Source: Octopus vulgaris (lineage: Eukaryota). From it: 64,000 nucleotides of DNA. How positions within the stretch are numbered: position 1 is the first letter of the stretch; the number at the start of each line of letters is the position of its first letter. This document shows, in pieces, positions 27,246 through 42,010 of this stretch. Under the pieces are notes generated by a model. That model was not told the DNA's origin and ran no database searches. It was given only the letters and a program-made list of their open reading frames with translations. The stretch lies in NCBI GenBank assembly GCA_951406725.2, contig OX597825.1:50964001-51028000 (forward strand), in the 5' to 3' direction. Both the position numbers and the translations under genes were made by a program.

Positions 27246-29490
27246 GTTTCGTATACACTCAACAGTGTTGGAAAAGAAAAAAGTCCTAACATCGAACTAG
27301 ATCAAGTAACCTTAAATATCAAGAACCCTCCTAAGTATCCTAGCTGTCCCTAATAACACTGCTTTTTGGAACCTTTCTAAACTGGGTATTATCCCTATTT
27401 ACTCTATCCATCTGTTCAGATATTAGGGAAAGTTCCCACTTCATCTATAACTACTGGGATGCACTTTACCTGCACTTCCCACAGTCTCTGAAATCCAATG
27501 GTAGGTCCTGCTACTTTGCTATTTTTTCTATACTTCTCATATTAATATCTTTAACATCTGGGGCTGTAAAATCACTTACCTGGCACTTTCTGTTCTATTT
27601 ATCTACTACTACCAAATCAACCCTCTAGCTTCTATTACTCTGTCAGTCTGAATGTTGAAGTCCCACAGCATCTTATATTTCTTACTTTCTATTACTCCAC
27701 TAGGTTTATGTTCATGCCTTTTATCAGTATTTTGAAATCCTAGCTTTCTAAATAGCTCCCAGTGGATTACTCTTCCTAAACTATCATGCATTTTCTTGTA
27801 TTCTTTCTGTGCCAGGATGCTACATTCACTTACTATGTGAGTAACGCTTTCCTCATTTGATTTGCGTAATCTACATTGAGAATCTAATTGTTTTCGTTGT
27901 CTATTTTGGCTTTTATTTAATTAGTCCTTAATGCTTGATCTAGTGCAGCTATTAACAAGATTTCTGTCTCCCCCTTTAGCTTTTCTTTCTGCAACCATAA
28001 CCATGTCTCACTACTACCATTTGTTGCTACTATCTTTGGGAATCTCTACGCAAAGCCTTCTCTAGCCAGTCAGATAACGTCTGTTCTTTTCTCTGGTTTT
28101 TAACTTCGTTTGGGTTTTTGGTTTCCCTATATCATGCTGTGACTCTAACAGCTTTCAATAAACTTTCTTCACTATTGCCAACATAGGAGTGTATATCTAC
28201 TCTAGCTAACTCTACGCAGTCTTCTGATATTAACCCTCTTCCACCTGCCTTTCTATGTAGGTACAATCTTGCTTCTCCAGCCCTTGGGTGGAGTCCTCCA
28301 TTCATATTGAATTCCTTCCTAGTTCTTCGGTCTATTTTTGCTTATTCAGTTTTCGTTCAAACTTCAAAAGCTGCTGAGTATCTAAGTAATGATATTGCCC
28401 AAGTATTTACAGCACGGTATATACTTGGGCAATATGAAGCTTTAACTTCATTAGTTTCTTCACCCTTCTCGTGTACCCCTTCTCGGTTTTTGCTTTCATT
28501 TTTGTATTTATACTCTGTCAGATTCGAATACTCCTAGATACTTATATCTCTCTCCTCCTTTCCATAAATTTAATGTCTGGCTATCTGGTAATTGAATACT
28601 TTCGCTGTTGACTACCTGTCCCCTTCTCATTTGTAATATTGCACACTTATCTATGTCAAATTCCATGCCCATAGCTTTGCTGAAAACTCTTACAGCCTGT
28701 ATTAAAGAATCTATCTCTTTTTCATTCTTACTAAAAAGCTTCAGATACTCCATGTAGAGCAAATGATTAATTTTTCCCTTACTATTTCTGAACTGGGACC
28801 CTGTCTTTGACTTCCTTAATACTAAGCTGAAGGGGATCGAACATAGGACAAATATTAAAGGGGACAACGAGTCCCCCTGGAAAATGTCCCTTTTGATATT
28901 AACTTTCCCTAAGAGTGTGTCACCTGAGTAGAGATCTACTTTCCATCTCTTCATGCTACGGCTAATTAATTACTCTTATGTTGTCTGCTATACTGAATAT
29001 ACTCAAACATTAATTTATCCATGAGTATGGGATCATGTCATAGGCTTTCCTATAATCTATCCATGCTATTGTTAGATTTTTCTTTCTAGCTTTTACTTCA
29101 TTTAGAAGTACTTTGTCTATGTATAATAGATCGTGCGTTCTACCCTTCTTCAAGCAACATTTCTGTTCTTCTGGCAGTAAATTCTGGTTGACAAGGTGTT
29201 CGTAAAGGCATTCAGAAAGCATTCCTTTTAACAGCTTCCACACTAATAGTAAGCAATTGACTGGTCTATAGTTTCTGGCTGTATTACCCTTGCTCGCTCT
29301 TATCTTTCATGATGAGTAGCATCCTCCCTCTAGTCATTCACTGATATTATTCCTCCTTGAAAGCAATCTTGAAGTTGTTCCCTCAGTGTCCCATGTAAAC
29401 TACTAAATTTCTTTAGCCAGTAGCCTTCAACCAAATCTGGGCCTAGGTCCTTCCAATTCAGTATTTCATTCATTAATGCAGTAGTTAATC
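27246..29490 (-). mobile_element. Dong/R4 LINE, 5'-truncated and decayed (RT, CCHC, RLE)
   Basis: NYRPVNCLL, PEEQK, AWIDYRKAYDMIPYSWI, IFQGDSLSPLIFVL, INHLLYMEYLKLF, YKYLG, MLWDFNIQTD, QKAVLLGTARILR. Confidence 0.92.
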
Positions 29491-29513
29491 TTATATCTAG
29501 CTATTTATTACTG

Positions 29514-29581
<68 letters not shown>

Positions 29582-29582
<1 letters not shown>

Positions 29583-31770
29583 GTGGTCGTGTACCGTCAA
29601 CTCGATGTGACAGTCCCGTAAGGGAATAAGACCACTGCCATTTAGCCTTAGGAAACATCGACGTCTCTTGTCGGCTTTGACACATTTTCTGTGTCCTTAT
29701 ATTTGCAAAGGGGAGGCAATCACCCCCGCCTGCTGGGACTAAGCCCTTGAAGACATATGTTTCTGAGTCTATTGCTCGTCGCCAGTTCAGAGTAGCTTGT
29801 CTCGCTCGCTGAGATGACTGCATCTTCTTGCATAACTTTACTTGGTACATGCTCATAAATGCTCTCTGTTACTTCATACTGGTATTTACGGCATAAGAGC
29901 CAATGAAGATACACATACACTTTATAGTGGCGGCGCTTGTTTTCTTTTTTGCAAGGTTCTCACATCCACTTCCAAGTGAGTCACATTTTCCACACGCTTT
30001 CCACAGAGTCTGCATTTCTGGGTGTCAGAAGTTTTATAGATGTTCTACTTGATTGAATCGGTAGTGAGGAGCCTGATCTTGTGCAACAATGATCAGGCTT
30101 TCGGTGCTACCCTTCAAATCACCTAGTGCAAGCTATGCACATCATGCAGTATTATCCTCAAAGACTTGAGTATTCCTTTCAAACAGTCCATGCATTCTCA
30201 TTTTAAGAAGTACTCGTTTTCTCTCCTCGGCTCTTTGGTTAAGCTCTCCCTTGAATATAATTTCATCTGCGTTTACAACCATATCTTTTGCAGCATATTC
30301 CAGCAGGTCGTCACCACTATTTATCAAATACTCGGCAAGCGTTCTCCTTTCACTCCTTATACATTCGTCTATACTAATTAGTCCTCTGCCACCATTCCTT
30401 CTTTTCACATACAGTTTGTTTACGTTTGCTTTAGGATGTAGCGCCCCATGCAGCGTCAACAACTTTCTCGTCCTTCTATCCAGTGTTGATATTTCCTCCT
30501 TAGTCCATTTGAGGATTGACGCACTACATCTGACCACCGTATCTGCCCAGATATTCATTGCGGTAATAACATTTTTGGCATTCAGGTTGGATTTCAACAT
30601 CATGTTCACCTGTTTTTGATACGCCTCGCTGACCTTGACTTTCATTTCTCTGTGTAGAATGTCGTCCATCTCCAAAATCCCAAAACTTCTATATCCATTA
30701 CTGTCGGGTCTTCCCACAGTCTCTCCTGATGGTAACCGCAATCCTCTGCAGGATACTTTCTTCTCTCTTTTCGAATAAAGTACTGAGCATTTGGTAATCC
30801 CAAATTCTATACCGATGTCTCTACCACACTTCTAGACAGGTTTGGTTAAGAAATCTATCTGCTTTTTCAGATTTCCCAAACAATTTCAGGTCATCCATAA
30901 ACCGAAGATGGTTCAATGATACGCCCTTCTTCCCACATCAGTAACCCATCTTAACTTTGCTAAGTATCATTGTTATGGGTATTAGTGCAATTTCAAAAAG
31001 TAACAGAGAAAACGAGTCTCCTTGGAAGACACCCTTTTAAATATTATCTTCTCCAATATATTACTTGAGTACAATTTGGTCTTTCCCTCTTTCATGCTGT
31101 GCATCAGAAAATATGTGATGTTGTCAGCAACAGCACACATCTGCAGGCATTCAACGATCAAAGAATGAGGCATCACATCTTCTTAAAGTCAATCCAAGCC
31201 ATAGACATGTTTATATGATGATTTTTACAATACCGCAAAACTGTTTTTTCGATGACCAGGTGATTCTTAGTACCCTGGGAAATCTTCCCTTGTTAGTATT
31301 TCTTCTTGTGCCAGGAAAGTATATGTCTTTGCCGCACATATTCCAGTGAGTAACTTCCAGATGATGTTTAGACATGCTATGGGACAGTATTTCCCACAAT
31401 ATTCTCCTTTCTTCTATCTTTCATTATAAGTGTTGTCTTCCCACTCACCATCCACGCGGTGACTGTACATTTCTCGACACACTCATTTAATTGGGCTGCT
31501 AGTCTTATATGCACCGCGTGGAATCTCTTCAGCCAAAAACCAAGAATCCCAACTAGCCCGGGGCTTTCCAGTTAGGCACTTTACACATTTGTTCTTTCAC
31601 GTCACCCGCGCTTATGACAATATTCATTTCTTTCTTTCCTCCCTGTAATTCTGTCTTGATAGCCCCTATCCACATTGCATCCCTTTTATGCACCATATTG
31701 TTTCCCCATAATCCACTCCAGAACCCCTTGGCTTGATTTGTATCAGGAGCAACATTTTCCCCGTCGGAAG
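29582..31770 (-). mobile_element. Second Dong/R4 LINE copy (divergent), decayed, RLE largely deleted
   Basis: GFWLKRF, AWIDFKK, LNHLRFMDDLKLF, HGALHPKANVNKLYVKRRNGGRGLISI, LHWLLCRKY; bounded by (TAT)n on both sides. Confidence 0.9.
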
Positions 31771-31771
31771 A

Positions 31772-32085
<314 letters not shown>

Positions 32086-33518
32086 TCTCCCTCCCAAATT
32101 TTTGGTTTGAATCCAAGATCAGAAACCGTTATTTCTTAATGCTTAAACCTCGTGAGCGTAAGTCCGAAACAACTCCACTTTTCATCCTTCTATACATCCG
32201 CCTACACATTTCTCCTCATATTCCTAACCTTCTGCCACAAATTCATGAATTAATCGCTTGTTCCACTTCTGGTTAATAAGCATTCAACAGAGCTATAGTC
32301 GTTCGTATTCCAGCCGTGACTGTCACATCCTTCTTTTAACTGCATCATTCTTGAAGACAGCCGGGTGAAGTTTTGAAGAAGGTTTCGCTATTATTTCACG
32401 CCAGCTGAGCAACCGCTTAAACAACCCATTATGCCTGATTATAGATTATTATTTTATAACGTTTTTGGCAATTTAATAAACCATTCTTATATTATTTTTG
32501 ATATTTCACTTCAAACACCATTTACAAAATGACAAATAGAGGGGCCTGCTTCAATCTTCAGATTTAAGTAATGGAGAAAAATTCTGAATTTTGAAATAAG
32601 CATATTCAAAATAATAGTGATCCAATAATTACATGGCGATCATAATAAAAACGGTAACACTTGCTATAATGACTGCTTTTACAGGTGGAAGAACTATCTA
32701 TCACTAGTTACTAATTCGTGAAGATGGAAGGAAATGTATACTTTCACACACACACACTGAAACATGCGCGCACACACATACACACACATAATATAAATGT
32801 GGCACAGAAGGAGGACAAAAAGAACACAAGCAGGAAGAACCACAGAATAGACGTGGACATTCTTAATCCCAAATCAGTAACTGACCGATTAATCGTCAGA
32901 ATTTTGACATCTTCCAATTATATGTTGTTCAATTTGGCGGTGTGAGCAAAACATAAGCTGCTGCGATATAAATGAGCACGTATGATAGACTAAAAGACAA
33001 GAACAATTTGAAAAAAGAAAAAACAAGGTCTCTCTCTCTCTCGTGTGTGTGTGTGTGTGTGTGTATGAAACTGAATGTGGTAAGCCACATGCACAATAAA
33101 ATACACGAATTATTATAGTGCTGACACATTATTTATATTGGACTTACTGTGTGTCACACGACAGATAGGTTTGAGTTAGAATATCAAACGAGAACTGAAA
33201 TCTGAGAAACATCTTTTAAAATTTTGTTGTGTTTAGGGAGAGGCATTCTCTTTTAGTGCCTTATTACTTAACACACTCACCGGTAAAGTTTCCACTCATT
33301 TGCTTATTTATTTTTCTGAAATTTTCGTTGCGTCTTGCAACCTTTTCAATAGTCGTTGATTGTGTCCGTTATCCAAGCTGCGTTCTTTTTAAAATGTTTG
33401 ATGGAAATGTGCACAAAATTAGGTTGAAGCTAGTCTTATTTAGGTTACTATATAAAGAAATTGTTAAGCTAGGAATTTCAAATCAAGAACGCAACTTCAT
33501 ATATAAACCAGTTGAAAA

Positions 33519-33519
<1 letters not shown>

Positions 33520-33581
<62 letters not shown>

Positions 33582-33655
33582 CATACATACATACATACAT
33601 ACATACATACATACATACAAACATACATACATACATAATAATACATACATACATA
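33520..33655. repeat. (GATA)n/(TACA)n tetranucleotide microsatellite
   Basis: Visible directly. Confidence 0.95.
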
Positions 33656-35444
33656 TATACGTACTTACAAAGACAGAAGGAGTAACTCAGAGCAGTGGTG
33701 AATTTGATTTTCTGACATATGTGTTAAAGGTAGGGAAATGATGGTTAAAAAATAGAGTTCGAAACGAAAGAATGAGAAAGAGAAAAGAAATAAATTAAGA
33801 AACAAGGGACAAGAAAAAAGGAAGATTGAAAAATGTGTAAATATAATAAGTTATTTATCAGTAAAAATAAATCTTCATAAATTATCGATTGTTTCGATAA
33901 CGAATAAAAGGAAGTATTACAGTGCATTTGAATGTTTAAGCAAAAAGGAAATATGGAGCAGATAACTTACATATGAATGTGTTATTAAAAATATGCTCAT
34001 AGAAATATTAGAAGCAGGTTTATAACAGATTAAAGATTAAGTGTAGACAAGAAAAATGGGCCTATATTTAAGGGTAACTTTTGCACTTATGGTTTAATCA
34101 GTTATAAATCTGCTTTTGATATTTTGATGTATATATTTTTAATAATGTATTCATAACAAATAACTTACCTTTTATGCATTTGACTTCCATTTGCAAAAAT
34201 TGACTGCAAAAACAATGTACTAATTCTTATTATTCCTTATCATGACTTTGGTTAATTTATGAAAACCTATATCAGCCAACATTTTCTGATAGATAAATTA
34301 CTAGATTGCTTTCTTCTTACGTATTCATATTTTCAGTACTTCTTTCTTTTTCTCCTTCTATCCTATTCTTCCTTCTCTAGTCTTCTTCTTCGCGTCATTT
34401 TTTTCATTTACGAATATTTAAATAGATGAAACTTAACACTTCCAACATTTTTACTCTCTCTCTCTCCTCCTTCTCTCTTTCTCTCACTCACTCATACTCT
34501 CTCACTCACACTCTCTCTTTCTCTTGTTCTCGCTTTCACTATTTGTTATCTATCTATCAACTGATTTCTTTCTTTTCCAAACCGCTCACATGCAATACCC
34601 ACCAGTTTATATTGGTTTCTTTGAAATCCAACTATTAAAAAGTTGCCCGCGTAGAAACCTCGTCTTAACTCCTAGGTTTCCATTTATATTTTTCTTAACA
34701 ATGTCTTAAATTTCAGATCGAGTACCTTTGAAGCGCGTCTTTAATAAGACATAATGTACGCGAGCATTCAACCCCACCCCAACACAAATACAGACAAACA
34801 ATCGACTTTTGATTTATTTATAATATATTTCATTTGAAACCATGTGACGAAATACAAGAGGAAGATTAATTTTAGCGAGTTAAACGCATAGAAAAAAGAA
34901 AAAAGAAAAACTAATTCTACTTCTGTTTATCTCTTAAATGTATCATCTCCTTTATATTGCTTTCAAATTTTGGCACAAGGCTAGCAATTTTTGGAGAAGG
35001 GCTATGTCTCACCAAGTACTTATTTTATTGACCCTGAAATGCTAAAAGGCAAGGTCGACCACGCCGGAATTTAAACTCAGAACTTAAGGATGCTCGATAT
35101 GCCGGTAAGCATTTTGCTCAGCGTATTTACGATTCTGCTAGGTCGGCGTCTTAGTTTCGTCTATTATATAGCTTTCAAATTTTGGGACAAAACCAGAAAT
35201 TTCAGGGGAGAGTTATGTCTCACCTAGTATTTATTTCATCGACCCCGACATAATGAAAAGTAATTTAAACTCAGAAGATAATGACCAGCAAAATGTCGCT
35301 AAACATTATGCAACTCGTGTTTACGCTTCTGCTAGCACGTCTTTAGGTATCATCAATTCTCTCTTTATTTGCGTATTGAACTCATTTGGTTTCGTATTCA
35401 AGCTATTTACTGTTGGTGACGTCCTGTACCCATATATATGTATG

Positions 35445-35521
<77 letters not shown>

Positions 35522-35626
35522 ATATATATGTATACGTATATATATATATATGCACACACACACATATATATCTATATTTGTATTAATTATATCATTATTT
35601 AATTAAACGCCATAATCTTTTTCCAA

Positions 35627-35668
<42 letters not shown>

Positions 35669-35737
35669 TATATGTGTGTATATATATATATATGTATATA
35701 TATACATATATGTATATATATATACGAATTAAAAACT

Positions 35738-35815
35738 TCTCCAGGTAGTGCTATTAAGTTAGACATGGCCTGGGTCAATACTGGCCAAAACCTTTCTAAG
35801 TTATTCTAAGTTATA
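35738..35815 (+). mobile_element. Very short CR1 3' tip
   Basis: CAGGTAGTGCTATTAAGTTAGACATGGCC..TCTAAGTTATTCTAAGTTAT matches the 3' end of the CR1 at 16501-16580. Confidence 0.65.
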
Positions 35816-35847
35816 TATAATATATAATATATAATACACACACACAC

Positions 35848-35929
<82 letters not shown>

Positions 35930-36932
35930 AATATCTATATATATACATATATATATATATATGTACACACACACGTATCATATATACATATATTTAATTA
36001 TTTATAAATTTTGAACTGCAAAATAGTTCCACTACTTTTGTGTCTCTCAGACATATACATTTACAAATGATAAGCATAAAACTTGCGCCTAAATTACTAT
36101 CCTAATACTTTACATATTGTGTGCCTGTACCCCCATTTACAAACCCGTATGATCTTATATATAAACACATACACAAATACACATACACATATAGAATGAG
36201 ACATATAAAGGTACACTTAAATTAAGCGAATCTTAATTTTTTTAACTTGTTACCGTAGCATAAAGAATGATATATAAAATATATTCAGTGGTGACATTAG
36301 CTGCTGACATCTGAAAGTAATACAGTTATTCAAGCATAACATTCAAATTCAAGCATATATATCTGTCTCTGTCTTGTGAGTGTGCGTGCGTATCTGTGTA
36401 TCTATATGCCTGTCTATGTATATGAGGCATATTTAATATATGAGGCATCAAACTATTCCATTGCTGTCATTCTTATTAAATTATCCCTACTTATTCGTCA
36501 GAGTTATTTAAATAGCCAGACTTTGTAAGCGAGATACGTGGAACTCTAAATTGCCATTAAAATTCTATAGATTTACACAAACAGAATTTATTATGCTTTT
36601 TTTTTCATTTTATTTATCAAACTTATTTAAATCTATTTATTTTATTCATGCAAATCGAACGAATAATGTATTTCCACACGAGATCAGCTTTAAATTTGCC
36701 AATTTAAATATAATTCAAATCACATAATTTCCATAAAATTTAGATTTCCAGCCAGCAACGGTGCCAACAACTCGCTGGCATGCACCGCTATCTTTTCTAT
36801 GTTCTCACTCTCAAAGATTATTAGTTCTCCTCATTATCTCTGCTGTAACCTATTGATTCTTTTTCTACAATTTCATGAAAAGAATTTAATAGAAAACTTT
36901 ACACACTCTTCTGCGTACATATATGTATATAT

Positions 36933-36978
<46 letters not shown>

Positions 36979-37127
36979 TTATATATGTTTGTGTGTGTAT
37001 ATATATATATATATATATGTATGTATATATAGAGATGTATATATGTGTCTATATATATATATGTATCTATATATATATATGTATATATATATATGTATAT
37101 ATATAGATGTCTATATGTGTCTATATG

Positions 37128-37198
<71 letters not shown>

Positions 37199-37658
37199 GT
37201 GTATGTATATATAATCACGTTGAAAAAAGATATTTAAATATTTGACATTTATTACAAACAGAAGAATGAAAAGCTACGGAATAATTCCAAATTATGGATT
37301 AGCATATGTAAATCAGATGATGTGTCTATGCTTTGTCTTAGTCTATTGAAATGTGAGAATACATATTTGTGTTTAGTAAAAATTGTTTTATTAAATGTAA
37401 ACATTTTACATAACGCGAACAATAGACGCGTTAATTTTCTTGAAACATTGGAAAAAGAAAAAGAAAAAGAAAAAACATCGAAAAATAACTACCGATACAA
37501 ATGGAACAAAAGCAATATATATCCATGGGGATTTGTCAGATAATGAGAATCTGTTTTGATATACGTTTAGGGAGAAATAAGAGAGTCTTTGCTCGTTTTC
37601 TGGGGTCATGCACCTGAAGAAGAGTATTTCCATGTGCTCATGGAAAGTTGGAACAAAC

Positions 37659-38010
<352 letters not shown>

Positions 38011-38226
38011 ATCATTTTTTTCAAACAGGATCACAATACAGAACATATGATCATAGGAATCTCCTAGCATGCTCCTTATTGCTGTGGTTGTTGTTGCTGT
38101 TGCTATTGCTGCTGGTGCTAGTGCCAAAGCTCTTATTGCTGCTGTCTTATATAACTCTTGAAAATTCTTCCCCAATCAGTCATAACCACCTTCTCTCTTG
38201 AAATTTTATATTGAATACTTCATTAT

Positions 38227-38626
38227 AGGCGTAGGAGTGGCTGTGTGGTAAGTAGCTTGCTAACCAACCGCATGGTTGCGGGTTCAGTCCCACTGCGTGG
38301 CATCTTGGGTAAGTGCCTTCTGCTATAGCCCCGGGCCGACCAATGCCTTGTGAGTGGATTTGGTAGACGGAAACTGAAAGAAGCCTGTCGTATATATGTA
38401 TATATATATATATGTGTGTGTGTGATTGTGTGTCTGTGTTTGTCCCCTAGCATTGCTGGTGTGTTTACGTCCCCGTCTCTTAGCGGTTCGGCAAAAGAGA
38501 CCGATAGAATAAGTACTGGGCTTACAAAGAATAAGTCCCGGGATCGATTTGCTCGACTAAAGGCGGTGCTCCAGCATGGCCGCAGTCAAATGACTGAAAC
38601 AAGTAAAAGAGTAAAAGAGTAAAGAG
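38227..38626 (+). mobile_element. tRNA-derived SINE, full length
   Basis: GTGGCTGTGTGGTAAG A box, GGTTCAGTCCC B box, CORE-like CTTGGGTAAGTG motif, internal microsatellite and (AAAGAGT)n tail. Confidence 0.9.
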
Positions 38627-38633
38627 AGATTAT

Positions 38634-39052
38634 ACTCTTTCTTACTCTTTTACTCTTTTACTTGTTTCAGTCATTTGACTGCGGCCATGCTGGAGCACCG
38701 CCTTTTGTCGAGCAAATTGACCCCGGGACTTATTCTTTATAAGCCCAGCACTTATTCTATCGGTCTCTTTTGCCGAACCGCTAAGTGACGGGGAAGTAAC
38801 CACACCAGCATTGGTTGTCAAGCAATGCTAGGGGGACAAACACAGACACACAAACACACACACACATACATATATATATACATATATACGACAGGCTTCT
38901 TTCAGTTTCCGTCTACCAAATCCACTCACAAGGCATTGGTCGGCCCGGGGCTATAGCAGAAGACACTTGCCCAAGATGCCACACAGTGGGACTGAACGCG
39001 GAACCATGTGGTTGGTTAGCAAGCTACTTACCACACAGCCACTCCTGCGCCT
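38634..39052 (-). mobile_element. tRNA-derived SINE, same family, inverted
   Basis: Reverse complement of 38227-38626 with scattered differences. Confidence 0.9.
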
Positions 39053-39249
39053 ATATACATATTATACAATTTTTTACTTCATTTGTCAGACGCTAATATA
39101 TATGTAATCTTTGAAGAATTTGGCTACTGTTCCTTGCATTAAATTACTGTATGGAAACTCTTTAGTGAAACAACTTTAGTGATATTACACGTGGAACCAG
39201 CAATTTACAGCTAGAGCCAGTGTTTAGGAAAAGGAATTGATACAGTTTA

Positions 39250-39690
39250 TGCGCATGGGATCTTTAATATTGTTATAATGACCCACGATCTATTATAAAA
39301 TATTGCCCTGTTCATTATTACTTTCCTGTTTTAAATGTATAGATCTCTATAAACGATGAGCTACCATTTACTATATACGACACTGTAAATATGTGATCTC
39401 CAACTATCGTATCATACATTCAAATGGACGACCTTATGCTTTAGATATCCTGCGATCTCTGTGTCCAGCATACCTTGTCCTCAACTCCCAAATGAATGAA
39501 TGATTTAGTGAACCCCTTCAGTGAATTCCGAATCATGGTAATTCCCATGTCGGACGACCCAGAAAGGTGTACATTGATCATCTCTATCGTGATAACAGGT
39601 TACCATTAGAAGGACTCAACATGTCATGAAAGACAAGAATACTCGGGGAGAAAGTGTGGTTGTGATCTAGGTTACCCATCCGAAGCAACA
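39250..39690 (+). mobile_element. Decayed RTE-like LINE 3' end
   Basis: GRPRKVYIDHLYRD resembles the RTE C-terminal GRP..YID motif. Confidence 0.5.
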
Positions 39691-40369
39691 GAATGAGACG
39701 GTAGAATGATCTCTGTCATCATCCATAATCTAAAATCTGTTATAGATTTAAGATATTGCACTCCATAATCTATGGCTTGTATTACAGTGCTATGTGTATA
39801 ATTTATGGTCTATTAATTTATGATTCCTATGAAAGCTGTGACACCTATTAGTATTGAAACTGATTTATATAATGTATCAATTATTGGATCTATGTTGTAT
39901 ATCATTCACGATTTTTGATGTTTCATAAATCTCTTTTCTGTGATTAGATCATCTCTCACCAAAGTGGTTAATATGAACTTTTATCCATAACCAACGATAT
40001 TTTGTATATCAAAGTCCAACAGCAGAGTTCAAAATGTTATGATTTACACCGACATATACTCAGTACATATAAGTTTTTTTCATAATTCAAACCTGCATGT
40101 TGAGTGAGTAAAGAAATCTACAACTAACACTATGATAAGCAGAAGTGTATATAATGATGAAAAGAGATAAAACGATCGGAAGATTGGGTACAAATAGGAG
40201 ACAACATACACTACTACTTGGGTGTATAATTTATATCTTACAAATTGTTTTATTGTATGTGAGTACGTAAATGAGATTTAAATATTTAAGTTAGGCTCTT
40301 TAGTTTGGTTTCTTAAATTTAGCAAAATATCGATGAAGTGAAATCAATAAACTCCATAAATAAGGTTTT

Positions 40370-42010
40370 AAGATCATGTCAGATGTGGGGCATGTGTCGT
40401 TGCAGTGAATTACTGCATCCACCATTAGTTGGTAAATTCCGAACGACCCGTCGGGCTCAGTCTGTTCCCATCTTCGCTAGATATCTCCTCATTTGCCAAA
40501 ACCATGTTGCATATGGTCGACCAGCTGGAGTTGTTAACTCAGTTGGATCGCAAGTGAAGTGAACACGCTAAGAAGTGTCTAAATCGGAAAATTGAACCGC
40601 AAGGCCAAACGATTTGAACTGGCACTCCCGAATCAGACTGTAACAAGACGCATTCCAGTTTCTGAGCAGAGCAGTTGTTTGGATACGAAATCCAACCAAT
40701 GGTAACCCATAATCCTTCAAAGCATCCTGGTACCAAAGGAGTTCTCCAACTCTCACAACTATTGAGCAAGACTGGGAGGATCAGAGATCTAAAGACTTGA
40801 AACTTTGTCCTCCTGCTCAGATATCGGCAGCATCAAGCACTCTTATCTAATGAGTCCACAACTGCACCAGCTTGTCCAAGTCTTTATAGGACTTTAGACT
40901 CGCAGTTAAAGCCGATATGAACCTCTCTGCTGAGACAAGTGAAGTGGTCAGCAACTTCAACATACTCACCTGCAACTGAAACAAACGAGGTGGATCTTCA
41001 AGAAGCTAACAAATGACTAGATATTCGTCTTGACCTAAGAGACTCTGAGGTTAAGTGGTTCCACTTCCGTACTCAGTGAAAGGAGAGCTCTGCTTAAGAT
41101 ATCAGCAAAATCTACATTAGTAATCCTAGTTTGACCAATGGGTGTATCACAACTCGATCGAGCCAACATTCGGTCAAGCATTGAACAGAATGGGAGCGAA
41201 GACCCAATCCTGAAGAACCCCAGGCCTAAATTGGGGAAAATCAGATGGTTAGTTCTCAATCCGAACTGCACTGACTGTCCCAGTGTACAATACCATCATC
41301 AACCCAATCAGTAGAGGCGGTATATCTCGCAGCTCGAGAATCCTCCAGAGAACAACCCAGTCTACCGAGTCATACGCCTGGCGAAGATCGACATAGGCTG
41401 CACGCAACCCCTGCAGAAAACTCCGCTTGCGAACGATGAGTACATGAATAGTCAGGATCCTGTCAGTAGTTGCTCTCTTTGGCATAAACCCTGACTGCTC
41501 CGGTTGCTGAGATGCAAGCTGATGAGTTTGTATTCCTTTCAGAAGACTTTACCGAGCTGTGAGAGGAGTGTAGCAACCTTATTGTTGTACTCGTGTGGTT
41601 ACATTTACCTTTCCAGTGTGGGATACTTGAATCCCACTTCTTGTCATTCGGTATGATGCTGCTGCTCCAGATTGAGCAGATGATCTGCCGAAAGACCAAC
41701 ACTGCAGTAGGCCCAACTTTCTTGACCATCTCTCCATGAATTCCACCAACACCGGTTGCCTTCTATCCCTTTGGCTGAGTTACTGCTGTACAAATCTCGT
41801 TTCCCGTTGAATGATCACAGCTGAGTGACTGTGGTCGATCACCAGTTCTGAATATATTGTGGTATTCAGATCAGTACTAGGTGATCCACCTCATACAACT
41901 CCTCAAATTCCGATGCCCAGCGAGCTACTTCCTTGGGCTCCTTCGTCAGAAGTGTGCCATCATATTCTGAAGGCGCACTTTTGTTGAGAAACCCGACGTG
42001 GTGATTCACT
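40370..42010 (-). mobile_element. RTE-clade LINE, decayed RT region
   Basis: QPEQSGFMPKRATTDRI, AYVDLRQAYDSVDW, NVDFAD, LNSCESW, RRVVRN; frameshifts and deletions. Confidence 0.85.
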
